Assembly (NCBI GenBank): GCA_964454195.1
Contig: CAYVRD010000001.1
Coordinates: 1 to 54,743, forward strand
Direction: 5' to 3'
DNA length: 54,743 bases
Source of the DNA: an uncultured Clostridia bacterium
Lineage (GTDB): Bacteria > Bacillota > Desulfitisporia > Desulfitisporales > JAWSUQ01
The notes below the pieces were generated by a model. That model saw nothing but the letters and a program-made list of their open reading frames with translations, made no database searches and was not told the DNA's origin. The position numbers were made by a program, and so were the translations under genes. Of the stretch, positions 53,101 through 54,743 are shown piece after piece. Positions within the stretch are counted from its first letter, which is position 1, and each line of letters starts with the position of its first letter.

Positions 53101-54743
53101 CTCTAGTAACAACATCATCGGCAGAAGAGTACAAGTAATTGACTCCAACAGGCTAATTGTAACCGTACCTTTATTGCAGCCCAAGCAAATGCCTGACGGG
53201 TATAGGGTCACTGTGGAAAACCCTGATACAGTAAGTCATACAGCAACGCAGCTATTCCATTATCTAATTCCCCAGTCACAGCCTAGTATAACAAATGTAA
53301 TGCCTAATAGTGGTTCAGTTGATGGTGGTTATAGAGTAATTATTAGAGGCTCAGGCTTTGAAAGAACATCTAGGGTGTTTATTAACGGAGTGCTAGTTCC
53401 TGCAGCCCAAACAACAGTTAATACTTTAGGGACTGAGATTGAAGTAACTGTACCCAGGTATACTGGGAATCTTCAGAGATGGGCATTGGAGCAGCGGGAG
53501 AGTGAAACAGTTCCAGTTCAAGTTGTAAATGAAGATGGTGGAAACAGCATCCTGGTCAATGGCTTCACCTACACTATTCCGCGAAGTAACCCTAGAATTG
53601 ATAGGCTTTCTGTAAACACTGGCAGTGCAGCAGGTGGTGAAATAGTAATAATTGAAGGCTACGATTTCCGCTACTTTGAGCCCTTTGATACAGTGCAGAA
53701 GGCCAGTACCTGGATAAGTGGTACCAAAGATGGTGAAACTATATTTTTTAATGACTTAAACGGAAATGGTGAGTGGACCAGATTTAATAATCATGTTGAT
53801 TATATTAGAGATTTTGCAAATAGATTAGAGCCTATTTCTCCACCTGTAGGTGTTTTCGAGCATTATATTTATGACCCCATTATCCCTAGAGTTTTTTTCG
53901 GTGCCCAGGAAGCTAGGGTAGTCGAATTTAGGGCAGGAAATATTAAGGTCATCACCCCTCCTGGCCAAGCAGGGGCAGTGGATGTGTACTTAATAAACAA
54001 TGACACAGGTATCTCTAATAGAGTAAGGTTTAACTATCAAGCATCTAACCCTATTATTAGAAGTGTTTCTCCCGAGGTAGGTCGGAAGGAAGGAAGAGAT
54101 AGATTAGAAATTATCGGAAGTGGATTTGCAGCTAGTGAAATGTGGATTTATCAAGAGGATTCTAACAATCCAGCGCTAGTCGCGAAAAACAGAGTAAATA
54201 TGCCTGTAGTTAGATTTGGCGACATTACCAACAGGAATATTCCAATTAATGGCACCAACTCGGGCTCAATCCACAGTGGTTTTGCAGAAATCAACTTACC
54301 CGGGGATTTAAAGGTGGTCTACGAGGCTAATCAGGTTTCAGGAGAGATAACGGCAACGGTATCTGTAAGGGAAGATGGTGTCACATACTCCAGAACCTAT
54401 CCCTATGATAACACGGTAGCTTTTATTCCCCTGTCCCAGCTTCAGGTAGCTAATGGGACTGACAGATATCCAGGCTATGAGCTAATTAGGCTGGAGTATG
54501 TCAATGGTCGCTTATTTGTTGACCGAGGCTTTTCTCCAGAGGTACAGCTGGTTAATCAAGGCCACCTAAGGGTAAATACTCCATCATACCATACTATAGG
54601 CCGGGTGCCTGTGGTGATAACTAACCCGGATGGGGGTAGGGCTCAGGGGCATTTTGAATACAAAAACCCTGACAGTAGACCAGAGATAATTAACATCACC
54701 AGAGAGGGCAGAGAGCCGGTCCAGGAAACCATCGATGACTACG
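50189..54743 (+). CDS. Second giant repeat protein (more than 1516 codons; the 3' end lies outside the window): predicted lipoprotein with at least six IPT/TIG-like domains
   Basis: Not in the ORF track because there is no stop in the window. I translated it by eye. AGGAG (50176-50180) lies 8 nt before GTG 50189, and ATG 50195 is in the same frame. N-terminus MNWGRKRGSKANRMIALLVAFFMLLGC has a lipobox. IPT-like modules: ITEVSPNSGPNNGQEVRIIGYNF, ITNVTPRATTVDSGVEIAVTGINF, ITSFSPDRGTHGSKIVVDGVNF, ITNVMPNSGSVDGGYRVIIRGSGF, IDRLSVNTGSAAGGEIVIIEGYDF, IRSVSPEVGRKEGRDRLEIIGSGF. Confidence 0.8.
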   Translation, partial: MTMNWGRKRGSKANRMIALLVAFFMLLGCVGDFIQPAFGSVLDIDRVIIEAVLDEYKLARIIVYVEVSGTPGTYPVRYTRLGVPVFLGNVVIPPGTEIGYGSAQFTLTGAALQNAEGMIDISVGSKTAATQFQDMPTILDPQSNLMVEVPTGTSGGTITFRGDKFNTLTGSTPSVQMKIERTTGTWGPNPPTINNGELTITGLIRETGSTGSQNVVFERVTTNGTEIGVFKRYENAFRLVDRLNYDDLRFTPRRGVVGSFLYITTTSPEGFQNHDVTFLESSIDTFRATNTAKQANISYSEDRKLMRVRIPSTLAANKNYMVYITNPIAQATGDFTNQVTRRQRVGELTNDRFFVIEADVAPIITEVSPNSGPNNGQEVRIIGYNFEELNYIEGFENLVVTPSLIREISTVNRPITTDVIPGSELNPSGPNIEKLSIAYQPIVINDRTFNVEKHISVFFGGLDASIVEDKVLLTNTGDLKDFITVRTRNTTRTDTVDVMMILETIITEGSNVVRSNYIIVREKAYTLLPSYIAPTIDEVIPNKIQVQPTNSVWETKEDMVIGIRGSNFKVYRYRVGNNEVANYPLVYISDDIILKRVGNDVLKRSGNVFVPLPGATLEVINHQGLEVNGTIGNQTGNYIVITLPKGQEVSSLGPQKVAVSNPVLNTLDHGNVPTERPQAVDFVLGTNNPSITNVTPRATTVDSGVEIAVTGINFAPGVRVFLGGREIPQGNIRRIVSADGIGVELRFNALRAPLAKVGYTRLMVMNPTGEIATSDFTYVTTLGQDPRITSFSPDRGTHGSKIVVDGVNFAKPNPGILDIQGRAIYRLIGSIIKLDGRDVNDYVLDPRGNPMLENYISPNGNPILSATDNTVNLADYYQGVILREGPLNNPINFYVLNVDRSGRITLTDGGGSAEGQLVKQYEISAIGDELRAQMGNDIYQIAVNNNRITLTKTSGTPHHFELNLMTVFRVDSSNNIIGRRVQVIDSNRLIVTVPLLQPKQMPDGYRVTVENPDTVSHTATQLFHYLIPQSQPSITNVMPNSGSVDGGYRVIIRGSGFERTSRVFINGVLVPAAQTTVNTLGTEIEVTVPRYTGNLQRWALEQRESETVPVQVVNEDGGNSILVNGFTYTIPRSNPRIDRLSVNTGSAAGGEIVIIEGYDFRYFEPFDTVQKASTWISGTKDGETIFFNDLNGNGEWTRFNNHVDYIRDFANRLEPISPPVGVFEHYIYDPIIPRVFFGAQEARVVEFRAGNIKVITPPGQAGAVDVYLINNDTGISNRVRFNYQASNPIIRSVSPEVGRKEGRDRLEIIGSGFAASEMWIYQEDSNNPALVAKNRVNMPVVRFGDITNRNIPINGTNSGSIHSGFAEINLPGDLKVVYEANQVSGEITATVSVREDGVTYSRTYPYDNTVAFIPLSQLQVANGTDRYPGYELIRLEYVNGRLFVDRGFSPEVQLVNQGHLRVNTPSYHTIGRVPVVITNPDGGRAQGHFEYKNPDSRPEIINITREGREPVQETIDDY
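52913..52921 (+). repeat. G9 homopolymer inside the second giant CDS (codons GGG GGG GGG)
   Basis: Read directly (acag ac ggggggggg tct). It lies in an otherwise AT-rich gene. Confidence 0.95.

Noticed and set aside
1-54743. Mobile elements, prophage, toxin-antitoxin, restriction-modification or other defence systems; tRNA and rRNA genes
   Set aside because: I recognised no transposase, integrase, recombinase, nuclease/helicase/methylase combination, phage structural gene, cloverleaf-like tRNA or rRNA sequence. Apart from the giant genes, the window reads as core metabolic and housekeeping chromosome.

Overview
This 54.7-kb chromosomal segment reads like an anaerobic, moderately AT-rich Firmicute (Clostridia-like). 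It has GGAGG-type RBSs, many lipobox lipoproteins, strong stem-loop/T-run terminators, a class III RNR, a hybrid-cluster protein and DegV/VanW/CapA/Gmad2-type genes. I can support about 47 protein genes. I see no rRNA, tRNA, CRISPR, IS, prophage or recognisable defence genes. Landmarks: (i) At 3.2-10.3 kb there is a TAT-exported molybdopterin oxidoreductase operon of the PsrABC/PhsABC/SrrABC type with a TorD-like chaperone. It is bracketed by two multi-rhodanese lipoproteins and diverges from a three-HTH XRE regulator. (ii) hcp, an M29 aminopeptidase, nrdR-nrdD-nrdG with NrdR boxes, and prfC. (iii) An OmpR/HK pair, a ChbG-like deacetylase, an MFS transporter, an S8 protease, a DUF4080-type B12/radical-SAM protein, a PAP2-like protein and a lipid kinase. 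(iv) A compact five-CxxCH NapC/NirT-like cytochrome plus a Gmad2 lipoprotein. (v) A glycine riboswitch that appears to drive only a 43-codon Cys-rich ORF closed by its own terminator. (vi) pdp-deoC-cdd. (vii) From 44.8 kb to the window end, two tandem giant secreted Ig-like/IPT-TIG repeat proteins of 1780 aa and more than 1516 aa. The second is absent from the ORF track because it has no stop codon in the window. This region also carries a G9 tract, Asn-codon microsatellites and a long leader with a terminator-like hairpin. The best candidates for something new are the orphan riboswitch/mini-ORF unit, the rhodanese-bracketed reductase operon (sulfur versus selenite substrate) and the giant surface-protein module. 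An apparent frameshift in an A6 run separates a PRC-barrel gene from its RBS and ATG. All family calls are by eye from motifs. No searches were run.
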